Shown here: in pieces, positions 1-8,426 of the stretch
How the letters are laid out: the number at the start of each line of letters is the position of its first letter
Position numbering within the stretch: position 1 is the stretch's first letter
Assembly: GCF_019464535.1 (NCBI RefSeq)
Contig: NZ_CP080507.1
Coordinates: 2,790,001 to 2,822,000, forward strand
DNA length: 32,000 nucleotides
Reading direction: 5' to 3'
DNA from: Horticoccus luteus
Lineage (GTDB): Bacteria; Verrucomicrobiota; Verrucomicrobiia; Opitutales; Opitutaceae
Notes under the pieces: model-generated
What the model was told of the DNA's origin: nothing
The model's database searches: none
The model's input: the letters and a program-made list of their open reading frames with translations, nothing else
Made by a program: the position numbers and the translations under genes

Positions 1-863
1 TCGGTCAATCGCGCCTCATGCAGTCGTGGGAGACCGGCTTTCACGCGCACGACCTCACCGTCGCCCAAGTCCTCCTCACGCACGACGACCTCCGCGTGCG
101 CGCGCGCTACCTCGGCGTCAAAGCCACCCTCCGCCAGCTCATCGCCTACGGCACGATCCCGGTCATCAACGAAAACGACACCGTGAGCGCCGCCGAAATC
201 AAGTTCGGCGACAACGACACGCTCTCCGCCATGGTCGCGAGCCTCGTCGAAGCGCAATACCTCTTCATCCTCTCAACCGCTCCCGGCCTCATCGACCTGC
301 GCGGCACCGGCCGCATCGTCCCCGTCGTCGATCGCATCAACCCCGCCATCGAAGCGATGGCTGGCGGCACCACGAGCGAGACCGCCACCGGCGGCATGAT
401 CAGCAAAATCTCCGCCGCCAAACTCGCCACCCGCGCCGGCTGTGGCGTCTTCATCGCCAGCGGCGCGGAGCCCGAGATTCTCCGCCGCCTCCTCGCCGGC
501 CACGGCCCCGGCACATTTTTCGTCCCCAGCGGCCTGCCGCTCGATGCCCGGAAACGCTGGCTCGCCTACTTCCAGCGTCCCGCCGGCACGCTCTCCGTCG
601 ATGCCCGCGCCGTCCCCATCCTGCGCGAACAAGGCCGCAGCCTCCTCGCCGTCGGCGTCACCGGCGCGCTCGGCGAATTTTCCGCCGGCGATATCGTCAA
701 CATCGCCGACCCCGCCGGTCTCGTCTTCGCCCGCGGCAAAACCACCTTCGCCGCCGAAGAAATCCCCGCCATCGCCCGTCGCCACGGCGATGAAGTCCGT
801 GCGCTCTACCCGCAGCGCAAACGCCTCGAAGTCGTCCACCGCAACGACCTCGTCCTCCTCTGA
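1..863 (+). CDS. proB: Glutamate 5-kinase, 5'-partial (frame is open to the window edge; codon phase begins at base 3)
   Basis: The track ORF 18..863 stays open upstream to base 3 (..GQSRLMQSWE..). The translation is collinear with E. coli ProB. It has the amino-acid-kinase core (IPVINENDTVSAAEIKFGDNDTLSA, TGGMISKISAAKLA) and a C-terminal PUA-like segment (LLAVGVTGALGEFSAGDIVNI..ARG). Confidence 0.9.
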   Translation, partial: GQSRLMQSWETGFHAHDLTVAQVLLTHDDLRVRARYLGVKATLRQLIAYGTIPVINENDTVSAAEIKFGDNDTLSAMVASLVEAQYLFILSTAPGLIDLRGTGRIVPVVDRINPAIEAMAGGTTSETATGGMISKISAAKLATRAGCGVFIASGAEPEILRRLLAGHGPGTFFVPSGLPLDARKRWLAYFQRPAGTLSVDARAVPILREQGRSLLAVGVTGALGEFSAGDIVNIADPAGLVFARGKTTFAAEEIPAIARRHGDEVRALYPQRKRLEVVHRNDLVLL

Positions 864-877
864 CGAACTCCCCGCCC

Positions 878-1324
878 GTGTCCCCGCCGGCGTTCTCCCT
901 GCGTCCCGCCATCGAGGCCGACTACCCGTGGCTCTGGCAACTCAAACGCGACACCATGCGCGGCTACGTGGAAAACACCTGGGGCTCGTGGGATGAGGTC
1001 GCACAGGAAGCCTTCTTCCGCCGCAACTTTTCGCCCGCCACCGTCAACGTCATCACCACCGGCCACCACGACGTCGGTCTGCTTGAACTGGTCCACCGGC
1101 CCCACGAAATATTTCTGGCGAATATCCAAATCGCGCCCGCGCACCAAAGCCGCGGACTCGGTGCCGCGGTCGTGCGCACCGTGCAGGATGAAGCCGCCGC
1201 CTGCGGCCTGCCGCTCTGCCTCCAAGTGCTCAAGGTGAATCCCGCGCGCCGCTTTTACGAGCGCCTCGGCTTCACCGTCACAAGTGAAACCCTCTCGCAC
1301 TGGTTCATGGAGTGGCGGGCTTGA
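878..1324 (+). CDS. GNAT-family N-acetyltransferase
   Basis: GTG start 15 nt after the proB stop. The 148-aa product has a GNAT-type acetyl-CoA binding segment (IQIAPAHQSRGLGAAVV) and a C-terminal ARRFYERLGF motif. Confidence 0.75.
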   Translation: MSPPAFSLRPAIEADYPWLWQLKRDTMRGYVENTWGSWDEVAQEAFFRRNFSPATVNVITTGHHDVGLLELVHRPHEIFLANIQIAPAHQSRGLGAAVVRTVQDEAAACGLPLCLQVLKVNPARRFYERLGFTVTSETLSHWFMEWRA

Positions 1325-1539
1325 ATCCTCGTCGCGGGGTGCGTGAGCGCTTCGGCAGTCGATCGCCAAGCCGCACTTCTTTCCCGGCATTCCACGGTCC
1401 TGCGTCCCGCATCCGGCGCTGAGGTCCGGCTCCGTGGTCCGGGGAGCGCACGCGACTCGCGCGCGGCCTGGGCGCCTCGCCCAAGCCGCTTCCCCGCCCT
1501 CGCGTCTTTCGCGACAAACCTCGCCGTCGTCCGCCCTCC

Positions 1540-4500
1540 TCACTCCAACGCGCGCCACTGCGGCGCGGCGAACAAGCCGAGATCGAGCAGATCGTATTTC
1601 TCGCCGGGCTGCGGCTCGGTCACCACCTCCGGACTGCGCCACATGTAGGGCCCCGCGCACTTCCGCTCCTTCCGCGGAAAATGCCACGGCCCCAGCACGT
1701 TCTTCGGCAGGCCCACGACGCGCAACGTCACCTCCCGTCCCTGAGCCGCGTCGAGTTGCACGGCGAACGGCGCCTCCAACAGCCGCGCCACGCGCTCGCC
1801 GCCTTGCTCGACGACGATCAGCGAGCCCGCCCAGTCGTGCGCTCCGATGACCAGTTCGCCGCGCGACGCGCCTTTCGGCAGCGCGAAACGATACGCCACT
1901 TCGCCATCGTAAAACGGCAGCCCCTGCTCCCGCCACGACCCGAGCTTCAGCGCCCGTGTCGGCGCCAGCGCGAAACCCTGTTTCGCCGACACGCAACCGA
2001 AGTCGCCCAGCAACAGCAACCGGTCGATCTCCCGCCGCACGTCGAACGGATGCCCCGTCAGCACAATCTCGTTTTTTCCTTCGCGCAGCAGTCGCCCCAC
2101 GGGTGCCCGGCGAATGTTCGCATCGTCACGCCAGAGCGCGGCCTTCGCGAAATCCAGCCGTTTTCCATTCACCGCGATGTCCCACAACTCCGGCGTCTCC
2201 ACCGCCAGCTCCGCCCCGCGCAACTCCGCGCCGCGCCGCACCTCGACCGTGTAGCGCGCCACGCCGCCGCTCGTCGGCACCATGTCGTCGTTCCGCGCGA
2301 GCATCTGCCGCCGGTATTGGATGACTCCCATCCACCCGTTCGTCATGAACCCATGCGCCCGCCACAATTTTTCGTTCACGGCGTTTACCTCTGTCGGCGG
2401 CACTTTTAATCCCGGAGCCTCCAGCGAACAATAGTCGATCGCGCACACATTCCGCCCCTCGCGCTCGACCGCCACGAGTTCCAACTCTCGCGCGCTCTCC
2501 GCCGCCGCGCGCACGCTCGTGCTCCTACTCGTGCTCGCGCCCGCCGCGCGCTCCGCCACCGCCGGGCTCGCCGCTCTCGCCGCGCCCGTCTTCGCCACGT
2601 GCAGCACCACCGCGCCCCACGGCGCGATTTCCAACGCCACCCGCCACGCCCCGGTCCCCGCTTTCTCCACCGACAGCCCCCGGGATTCGCCATCGCGTGG
2701 ATCAAGCTGCGTGACCACGCCGCTGCGCGTGAGCAACGTTACGGTTTCGCTCAACGCCTCGTGCGACGCGTTGAAAATCATCCACCATTCCCCGTCTTCG
2801 CTCACGCGCCGCATGTGCGTGCAACCATGCCGCCCGCCCGCCGCAAATTGCAGCCGCGGTGCCACGCGCTCCCGCACCAGGTCGATTGTCGCTGCGTCAT
2901 CTGCGCCGACCACAAAACCCTTCGGCCAGCGCCGACGGGTCTGCAGCAACCAGTCCGAAGGGCGTCCGTCGATCGTCACCGCATCCGGCACCTGCCCCAC
3001 GATCACGCCGCCGTTCGCCAGGTATTTCTCCAACAGCTCCGCCGTCGCCCGCCGAAGATTCGTCGATTTCGCCGGCCACACGATCAGCGCATAAGTCTGC
3101 GCGCCGACCTTCATTTTGCCGCCCTTCAGGGTGCGGCCTTGTTCCTCCAGGATGTATTCGTCGCCGTAGTCGAAGTCGATCTGCGCGTCGTTGAGCGCCT
3201 GCGAGAAATTACCCATCGCCTCCGTGAACGGCGCGAAACTCGACAGCCGCCGCAAATGCGCCGCCTGCGTGTCCTCCGCCGGCTCGTCGCCCAGCCGCGG
3301 CGCCGGCGTGCAGGTGCTTTTCGTCGCGTGCAGAAACGCCGTCGTTTGCTGATCGAGCACCAGCACGCGGTTTTCCATCCGCCCTTGCGCCGCCACCCAC
3401 GACAAGCGCCCGATCTCGTCGTGCACCGGCGTGAGATGTTCAAACCACGGACTGTGCGGCGAAAACGTCTGCGGATGATCCGCTTTCCTCGGCCCGCGAA
3501 TCGTCGTGTAGGTCAGGTGCGGCACAAACACGCTCACCCCGTGCACCGCGAGAAACCGCCCGATGCGCAGCCAGTCGTGCGGCGTCGAATCGTTGCCGCC
3601 CGCGCCCCAGCTTTCGTCCATGATGCGCGGCCGCGCGTATTGGTTCGCGACCGTCAGCGTCTGGCGGAGGTAGAGCAACGCCAGGGGTTCCTGTCCCGCC
3701 TTCGTCGGATAGAAATTCTGCCAGTCGTGCTTCGTGCGCCCCAGCAGCGTGTCGCAAAGCAGCAGATCCGTCCCCGGCCAGTCGAAAAACGCTGACAGAT
3801 GCACATGCCCCGGTGTCGCAAACGGACACGGCCAGTCGTGCTCCAGGAAGTGTCCCGTGAACGGAATCCCGTTTTCCCGGCACCAGTCGAACGTGGGCTT
3901 CGCGTAGTTCTCGACCCACAGCGTGTGCATCAGGTCGTAGAAATCGTGCCGCACACTCTGGTAGTCGCCCACGTCGTAAAACAATGCGTCGAGGTGGTCG
4001 CGCAAGTCGTAGCCCCGCCGCGTCTGAAATTGCCCGAACACATACGGCGTAAGCGACAACCCCGGACTCAGCGGCCCGTGCCATTCGCCCGGCAGATGCG
4101 GCTCATCGGTGAACATCGCCCCCACCTTTTTCCACAACGGCCCGAGCTCCTTTTTGTAACGCTCAAACGTGTTCTCCAAAAACGCCGGCGCCACGCGCGG
4201 ATCAACCAGACACGGCGTCGTCGTCTCTCCGTGCCACGACATCATCGCCTGGTCGTTCTCCGTAAACGCCACCCACGCGTCCCCACTCTTCAACTCCGCC
4301 GCCGTCACCCGCACCGTCGGTTTTTCGCCGTCGAAACGATACAGCGACACGATCCGCTCCGGCAGGTCGCGCACGCGATTGCCCGTGATCGCCTTCACGT
4401 AGCGGTTGCGCGCCTCCGGCGCCATGCTCTGCGTGTGCCCGCCGCCGCACGCGCTCGGGTAACTGTTCTCGTCGTAAAGCGAAGGCACCATCCCCAGCCG

Positions 4501-4758
4501 CAGACACTCGCGGATCGCGTGGCGGATGATCTCGAACCAGCGCGGCGAAAGATACTCGGTGATCAAACCCGGCCGCGGATGCAAAAACACACCTCCCGCG
4601 CCCACCCGCTTCAAGCCTTCCAACGCCCGCGTGATCGAGGCCTCTCCCGTGCCCGGCGCATACTCGTCGTTGAAGACGAGAAACGGCGCGGGGCGAAACG
4701 CCGCCGCGGGATTCCTGAACGCCGCCAGCGCGGCCGGGGCAACAGAGGTGCGAGACAT
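1540..4758 (-). CDS. Large glycoside-hydrolase-like protein with no signal peptide; family not assignable by eye (GH106 rhamnosidase-like / jelly-roll type is my best guess)
   Basis: 1072 codons from ATG 4758; the track starts 5 codons earlier at TTG 4773. Amino-acid composition is normal, unlike the overlapping alternative-frame ORFs. The N-terminal region (FLHPRPGLITEYLSPRWFEIIRH..LYDENSYPS) and the length resemble ~1000-1100-aa proteins annotated as glycosyl hydrolases. That family call is from memory only. The divergent AraC-type regulator fits a sugar-utilisation pair. Confidence 0.6.
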   Translation of the reverse strand: MSRTSVAPAALAAFRNPAAAFRPAPFLVFNDEYAPGTGEASITRALEGLKRVGAGGVFLHPRPGLITEYLSPRWFEIIRHAIRECLRLGMVPSLYDENSYPSACGGGHTQSMAPEARNRYVKAITGNRVRDLPERIVSLYRFDGEKPTVRVTAAELKSGDAWVAFTENDQAMMSWHGETTTPCLVDPRVAPAFLENTFERYKKELGPLWKKVGAMFTDEPHLPGEWHGPLSPGLSLTPYVFGQFQTRRGYDLRDHLDALFYDVGDYQSVRHDFYDLMHTLWVENYAKPTFDWCRENGIPFTGHFLEHDWPCPFATPGHVHLSAFFDWPGTDLLLCDTLLGRTKHDWQNFYPTKAGQEPLALLYLRQTLTVANQYARPRIMDESWGAGGNDSTPHDWLRIGRFLAVHGVSVFVPHLTYTTIRGPRKADHPQTFSPHSPWFEHLTPVHDEIGRLSWVAAQGRMENRVLVLDQQTTAFLHATKSTCTPAPRLGDEPAEDTQAAHLRRLSSFAPFTEAMGNFSQALNDAQIDFDYGDEYILEEQGRTLKGGKMKVGAQTYALIVWPAKSTNLRRATAELLEKYLANGGVIVGQVPDAVTIDGRPSDWLLQTRRRWPKGFVVGADDAATIDLVRERVAPRLQFAAGGRHGCTHMRRVSEDGEWWMIFNASHEALSETVTLLTRSGVVTQLDPRDGESRGLSVEKAGTGAWRVALEIAPWGAVVLHVAKTGAARAASPAVAERAAGASTSRSTSVRAAAESARELELVAVEREGRNVCAIDYCSLEAPGLKVPPTEVNAVNEKLWRAHGFMTNGWMGVIQYRRQMLARNDDMVPTSGGVARYTVEVRRGAELRGAELAVETPELWDIAVNGKRLDFAKAALWRDDANIRRAPVGRLLREGKNEIVLTGHPFDVRREIDRLLLLGDFGCVSAKQGFALAPTRALKLGSWREQGLPFYDGEVAYRFALPKGASRGELVIGAHDWAGSLIVVEQGGERVARLLEAPFAVQLDAAQGREVTLRVVGLPKNVLGPWHFPRKERKCAGPYMWRSPEVVTEPQPGEKYDLLDLGLFAAPQWRALE

Positions 4759-4926
4759 GCGGCCCGAAACCAATCCGCCCCGCGCCCGCCGTCAATGCGC
4801 GACCAGATCACCGTAGCGCTTTTTGAAAAGCAGGCCATCTTCCCAGGCCTTCGGAGACTTCCGCGGCGTCATTTTCGCACAAAACATCAAGCCGGGCACC
4901 TGGAAGGATGGTAGTCTCGTTTCTGC

Positions 4927-5817
4927 ATGCACTTGGCTACCCGGCTGCAACGCTCCCTCGATCTCGCCGAAACCCGTTTGCGCGACCGCGTCACGCTCGA
5001 AGAACTCGCCCGCGCCGCCGGGCTGTCGCTCTGGCACTTCCAACGTGTTTTCTCCGCCGCCGTCGGTAAAACGGTGGCCAGCTACCTGCGCCAACGCCGC
5101 CTCACCTCCGCCGCTCACGAACTGCGTCACACCTCCCGCCGCATTCTCGATATCGCCCTGGAGTATCAATTCGAGTCGCACGAGGCCTTCACCCGCGCCT
5201 TCAAAACTGCGTTCTCTGTCACGCCCTCCGAATTTCGGCGACGCACGACGTTTCCATGGGCCGCCACCCGCCCGCCACTCAACGCCGCCTCCTTGCGTCA
5301 ACGCCTCGCGCAATCTCCCATGACACCCCAAATCGTTTCACTCCCCGCCTTCACGCTGATCGGTTTCGAGGCCCGTTTCATCAGTGCCATGTCGCCCGAC
5401 GCAACCAACCTCCAAGTCATTCCGCCGCTGTGGCGCGCACTGCTTTCCCGACGCCACGAAATCACCGGTGTGACTGACGCCTCTTCTTACGGCGCGTGTC
5501 GATGCTTGCCTCCGCCTGCGCGCACGCGCGACGACGAACTCCTCTATCTGGCCGGCGTATCTGCATCATCCGACACGCCCGCGCCTGCCGGCATGAGCCG
5601 TTGGTCGGTTCCCCCGCTCACTTACGCCCTCTTCACCCACCACGGTTTGATTTCTGAACTCGTCCGCACAATCAACTTTGCGTGGGGCACGTGGCTACCC
5701 GCCTCCAAGTTCGCCCCAGCCGACGGTCCTGAACTCGAACGCTATGATGAACGCTTTCGCGATGGCGGTGCGGACAGCGCACTCGACTACCTCCTGCCAA
5801 TTCAGCCCGCGAGTTGA
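4927..5817 (+). CDS. AraC-family transcriptional regulator with a GyrI-like effector-binding C-terminal domain
   Basis: ATG at 4927. The N-terminal AraC helix-turn-helix pair reads LEELARAAGLSLWHFQRVFSAAVG..ILDIALEYQFESHEAFTRAFKTAFSVTPSEFR. The C-terminal ~170 aa (FTLIGFEARF..YGAC..ERYDERF) looks like a GyrI/SOUL-type ligand-binding fold. Confidence 0.85.
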   Translation: MHLATRLQRSLDLAETRLRDRVTLEELARAAGLSLWHFQRVFSAAVGKTVASYLRQRRLTSAAHELRHTSRRILDIALEYQFESHEAFTRAFKTAFSVTPSEFRRRTTFPWAATRPPLNAASLRQRLAQSPMTPQIVSLPAFTLIGFEARFISAMSPDATNLQVIPPLWRALLSRRHEITGVTDASSYGACRCLPPPARTRDDELLYLAGVSASSDTPAPAGMSRWSVPPLTYALFTHHGLISELVRTINFAWGTWLPASKFAPADGPELERYDERFRDGGADSALDYLLPIQPAS

Positions 5818-5913
5818 CCTCGCCGCCCCGTCGCGCCCGGCCGGTTTTGGCCCGTGAGATTGGGCCCGTCTGCCGTCTCGTCCGGCCTGCTCTCACGTCT
5901 CCCCGCCGACGCT

Positions 5914-6150
5914 TTACACCCGCTTGTGCGACCCGTCGCAATATGCGCCGTTCGTCGAGTGCTTGCACCCGCACCACGCCACCGTTTGCGCCTCCGCCAG
6001 CTCCACCTTTTTGGGCGTTAAACCCGTCCCCTTGTGCGAGCCGTCGCAGAACGGTTGATTCGCCGACTGCCCGCACGCGCACCACCAATAGGTGCCGGCC
6101 GGCATGGCTTTCACAAAAGGACTCTTCTGGGCGATTTTGGGATCGGGCAT
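5914..6150 (-). CDS. CDGSH-type iron-sulfur protein with two CDGSH motifs
   Basis: 78 aa with two copies of the C-x-C-x2-S-x3-(P/A)-x-CDGSH signature: CACGQSANQPFCDGSHK and CGCKHSTNGAYCDGSHK. Confidence 0.85.
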   Translation of the reverse strand: MPDPKIAQKSPFVKAMPAGTYWWCACGQSANQPFCDGSHKGTGLTPKKVELAEAQTVAWCGCKHSTNGAYCDGSHKRV

Positions 6151-6221
6151 GAGCGAGCGGGGTTCACTGCGCAGTGTCCGCGCCTCCCACCACTACGCAA
6201 CGCCGAAGCGTCCGCATTGCC

Positions 6222-7634
6222 TTACCACTCATACCGCACGCGATACGTCACCGTGCGCTCTTCGTCGGGCTTCACCGGCACGGTAAACTCGATCGTGTTA
6301 GCGTCCTTCTTCTTAAACTCATCGGACTTTTCGATGATCTTCCAGTTGGGTCCGTAGAGATGCTCCACAACGCGCACCTCGACCGCCTCGGTCTTCCGGT
6401 TGCGCAGCTTGATCTCCACTCCTTGCTCCGAGCGCTTTTGAAATGAGCTGCTGCTCTGATCCGTCTGCTTGCGCTCGCCCACGATGTCGAACGCCTTGCC
6501 GACTTCGATCTTCACATCCTCGTTCTTCGCCGTGTGGTCGATCGTGTTTTCGCCAATGAACTCCAATCGCCCGTCATCCGCGTCGCGCTGGTAAAACCGC
6601 GTGCGCCCTTTCGGCAGCGCGAGGCCGAGGCCGTTCGCCTCGGTGTTTTTGAACTCCCGCACGATCGCCACCTTCGTCGCGTCCGCCTGCCCGTCGTAAA
6701 CAAACGCCTTCGGTGCCTTCACGTGCTCCGCGCGCATGAACTCCACCTGCTTCGTCTCCCGATCGTGCAACGTCACCGGCCGCGCGAGCGAGTAGAGATG
6801 AAATTCGTCGAAAGCTTTTTCGGTGACGGGAGGAGGCATGCGAGACTTGGACACCGCCCGCACTTCAAACGCAGACAGCACGACTTTGTCTTCATCCTGA
6901 ATCTTGTTCACATCACCCGCCATCAGCTTCACCGCCGCGTCCTCGAACGTCTGCCCGCTGTTGTTCGTCATCGTCACCCACCCGACCACGTCGAGCGTGT
7001 CGCCCTTTTCGGTCGCGACGAAGTTATACGCTGCCTTCCACGAAAATCCGCCCGTCACGTAACCGAGCTCAGCGTTCACCTTCGCCGCCTTTTCACTCTC
7101 AATCTGCCACGCGAGGGTCGGCTTGAGCACGCCCGCATCGCTCAACGCCGGAAAAATCGGCTCGCCCGGCAGCGAAAACCGCAGCTTCCCGTCCACTTCG
7201 ATGATCGGCGCATCCGCGCTTCCGCCCGGCGCATAGCCGCTGCGAATCACCTTCCCCGACACCACATGCTCCGCGCCGTTTTCATCGCGCACGATGAAGT
7301 CCAACGCTTTCCCCTCGTGCAGCGAAAGCATCAACCCCTGCGATAACGTGTCCGCCCGGTAGCTCTGCTCCAAAATCGACAGCGCGACCTTCCCCGTGGG
7401 GTCGCGCAACACCACGGAGTCCGGCTCCAGCATCCGCGTGGCGCCCGCGAAGTTCACCGCGTTCACACCCGCCTTCAGATCAAGCGGCACCGTCTCGCGC
7501 ACGACCGCAAAATTCTGGTTGTAAATCGTGAGCGCCGGTTCCGCCGCCGCCGCCGTGGCCGCCGCTGCGAGCGTCGCGCCAAGCAGCGCCGTCGAAAGCA
7601 TAGTTTTCAAGTCCAAGGGTTGATTGAGGTTCAT
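6222..7634 (-). CDS. Secreted DUF4139 (MuiA-like) domain protein
   Basis: ATG at 7634. Signal peptide LSTALLGATLAAAATAAAAEP. The N-terminal motif TIYNQNFAVVRE and the overall beta-rich 470-aa layout match what I remember of DUF4140/DUF4139 proteins. Not verified by search. Confidence 0.7.
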   Translation of the reverse strand: MNLNQPLDLKTMLSTALLGATLAAAATAAAAEPALTIYNQNFAVVRETVPLDLKAGVNAVNFAGATRMLEPDSVVLRDPTGKVALSILEQSYRADTLSQGLMLSLHEGKALDFIVRDENGAEHVVSGKVIRSGYAPGGSADAPIIEVDGKLRFSLPGEPIFPALSDAGVLKPTLAWQIESEKAAKVNAELGYVTGGFSWKAAYNFVATEKGDTLDVVGWVTMTNNSGQTFEDAAVKLMAGDVNKIQDEDKVVLSAFEVRAVSKSRMPPPVTEKAFDEFHLYSLARPVTLHDRETKQVEFMRAEHVKAPKAFVYDGQADATKVAIVREFKNTEANGLGLALPKGRTRFYQRDADDGRLEFIGENTIDHTAKNEDVKIEVGKAFDIVGERKQTDQSSSSFQKRSEQGVEIKLRNRKTEAVEVRVVEHLYGPNWKIIEKSDEFKKKDANTIEFTVPVKPDEERTVTYRVRYEW

Positions 7635-7720
7635 GTGACGTCACGAGGACCAACGTCCTCAGCCGAAGTTTCTTAGATCGATGATACCGCTTCTCCGCCT
7701 CACCACTCCGTCCGCGGAGC

Positions 7721-8224
7721 TCACGCCAGCGCAGCACCCGCCGGGGGCGAGGCGACTCTTTGCCCGCGTTTGTAAACGAGCGCCACCGTCAGACTGAACA
7801 CCACATGCGTGAAAATGGTCACGCCGTTGCGCCCGACCACGAACCACGGAAACAACGCCGTGAACCCGTAAAAATTGATCACATAAAGCACCACGCCAAA
7901 CACCGCGCCCGCCACCGCCGCCGCACCGCAACTCCACCGCCGGATGATCGCCGCCAGCACGACGGCATAAATCATCGCCAGCACGATATCGACAACCAAC
8001 GCCGTCACCACGACCGGCAGGCTGAACGTCCCTGCTGGCGACAGCACGCCCTGGCCCAGCACCATCGCCGCGATCATCCGCGCCGGCCCCCACGGACTCC
8101 CTCCGCCAAACAGCGGGATCAGCACGATCTCCAGCACTTGAAACACCAGGCTTCCGATCACGCCCGCCCACAAGGCAGCGCGGATGTTCAGACGCGATTC
8201 CACCATTCCATTCGTTGTCGTCAT
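7721..8224 (-). CDS. Hypothetical integral membrane protein (about 4 TM segments)
   Basis: ATG at 8224. 167 aa with four long hydrophobic segments (AALWAGVIGSLVFQVLEIVLIPLF; LPVVVTALVVDIVLAMIYAVVLAAII; AAVAGAVFGVVLYVINFYGF; IFTHVVFSLTVALVY). No recognisable family. Confidence 0.6.
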   Translation of the reverse strand: MTTTNGMVESRLNIRAALWAGVIGSLVFQVLEIVLIPLFGGGSPWGPARMIAAMVLGQGVLSPAGTFSLPVVVTALVVDIVLAMIYAVVLAAIIRRWSCGAAAVAGAVFGVVLYVINFYGFTALFPWFVVGRNGVTIFTHVVFSLTVALVYKRGQRVASPPAGAALA

Positions 8225-8274
8225 CGTTCGTTCTCCGGGGTTGGGGTTGAAGCGGCCTCGCGCGCAGTCACGAC

Positions 8275-8310
8275 CGCGGGGCGATGCTGCACGATAATCC
8301 TCGCCCCGCG
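8275..8310. promoter_or_regulatory. Perfect 10-bp inverted repeat (CGCGGGGCGA ... TCGCCCCGCG, 16-nt spacer) in the divergent intergenic region
   Basis: Read directly: arms at 8275-8284 and 8301-8310, between the membrane-protein start (8224) and the helicase start (8427). The role (operator or RNA hairpin) is unknown. Confidence 0.25.
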
Positions 8311-8365
8311 CTTGGCCATCCGCATCTCAAATTTTTTCGGCCGCGCCCTTGGTCGCCGCCTCGCG

Positions 8366-8385
8366 CCTGTTTTCGCACAAACAGG
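8366..8385. promoter_or_regulatory. 7-bp inverted repeat CCTGTTT-N6-AAACAGG, 42 nt upstream of the helicase ATG (operator-like)
   Basis: Read directly: arms at 8366-8372 and 8379-8385. It is the only AT-rich dyad in this leader, and its TGTTT/AAACA arms resemble LexA-type half sites. Confidence 0.25.
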
Positions 8386-8426
8386 CTGGCGGCGCCCGCG
8401 CTTCGTTTCATCCTGCCGGTTTATTC

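Noticed and set aside
806-1996. 396-aa minus-strand ORF spanning the proB end, the GNAT gene and the hydrolase 3' end
   Set aside because: It overlaps three better-supported genes. Its translation is Arg/Gly/Ala-dominated with no recognisable motifs. This is the typical long spurious ORF of GC-rich DNA.
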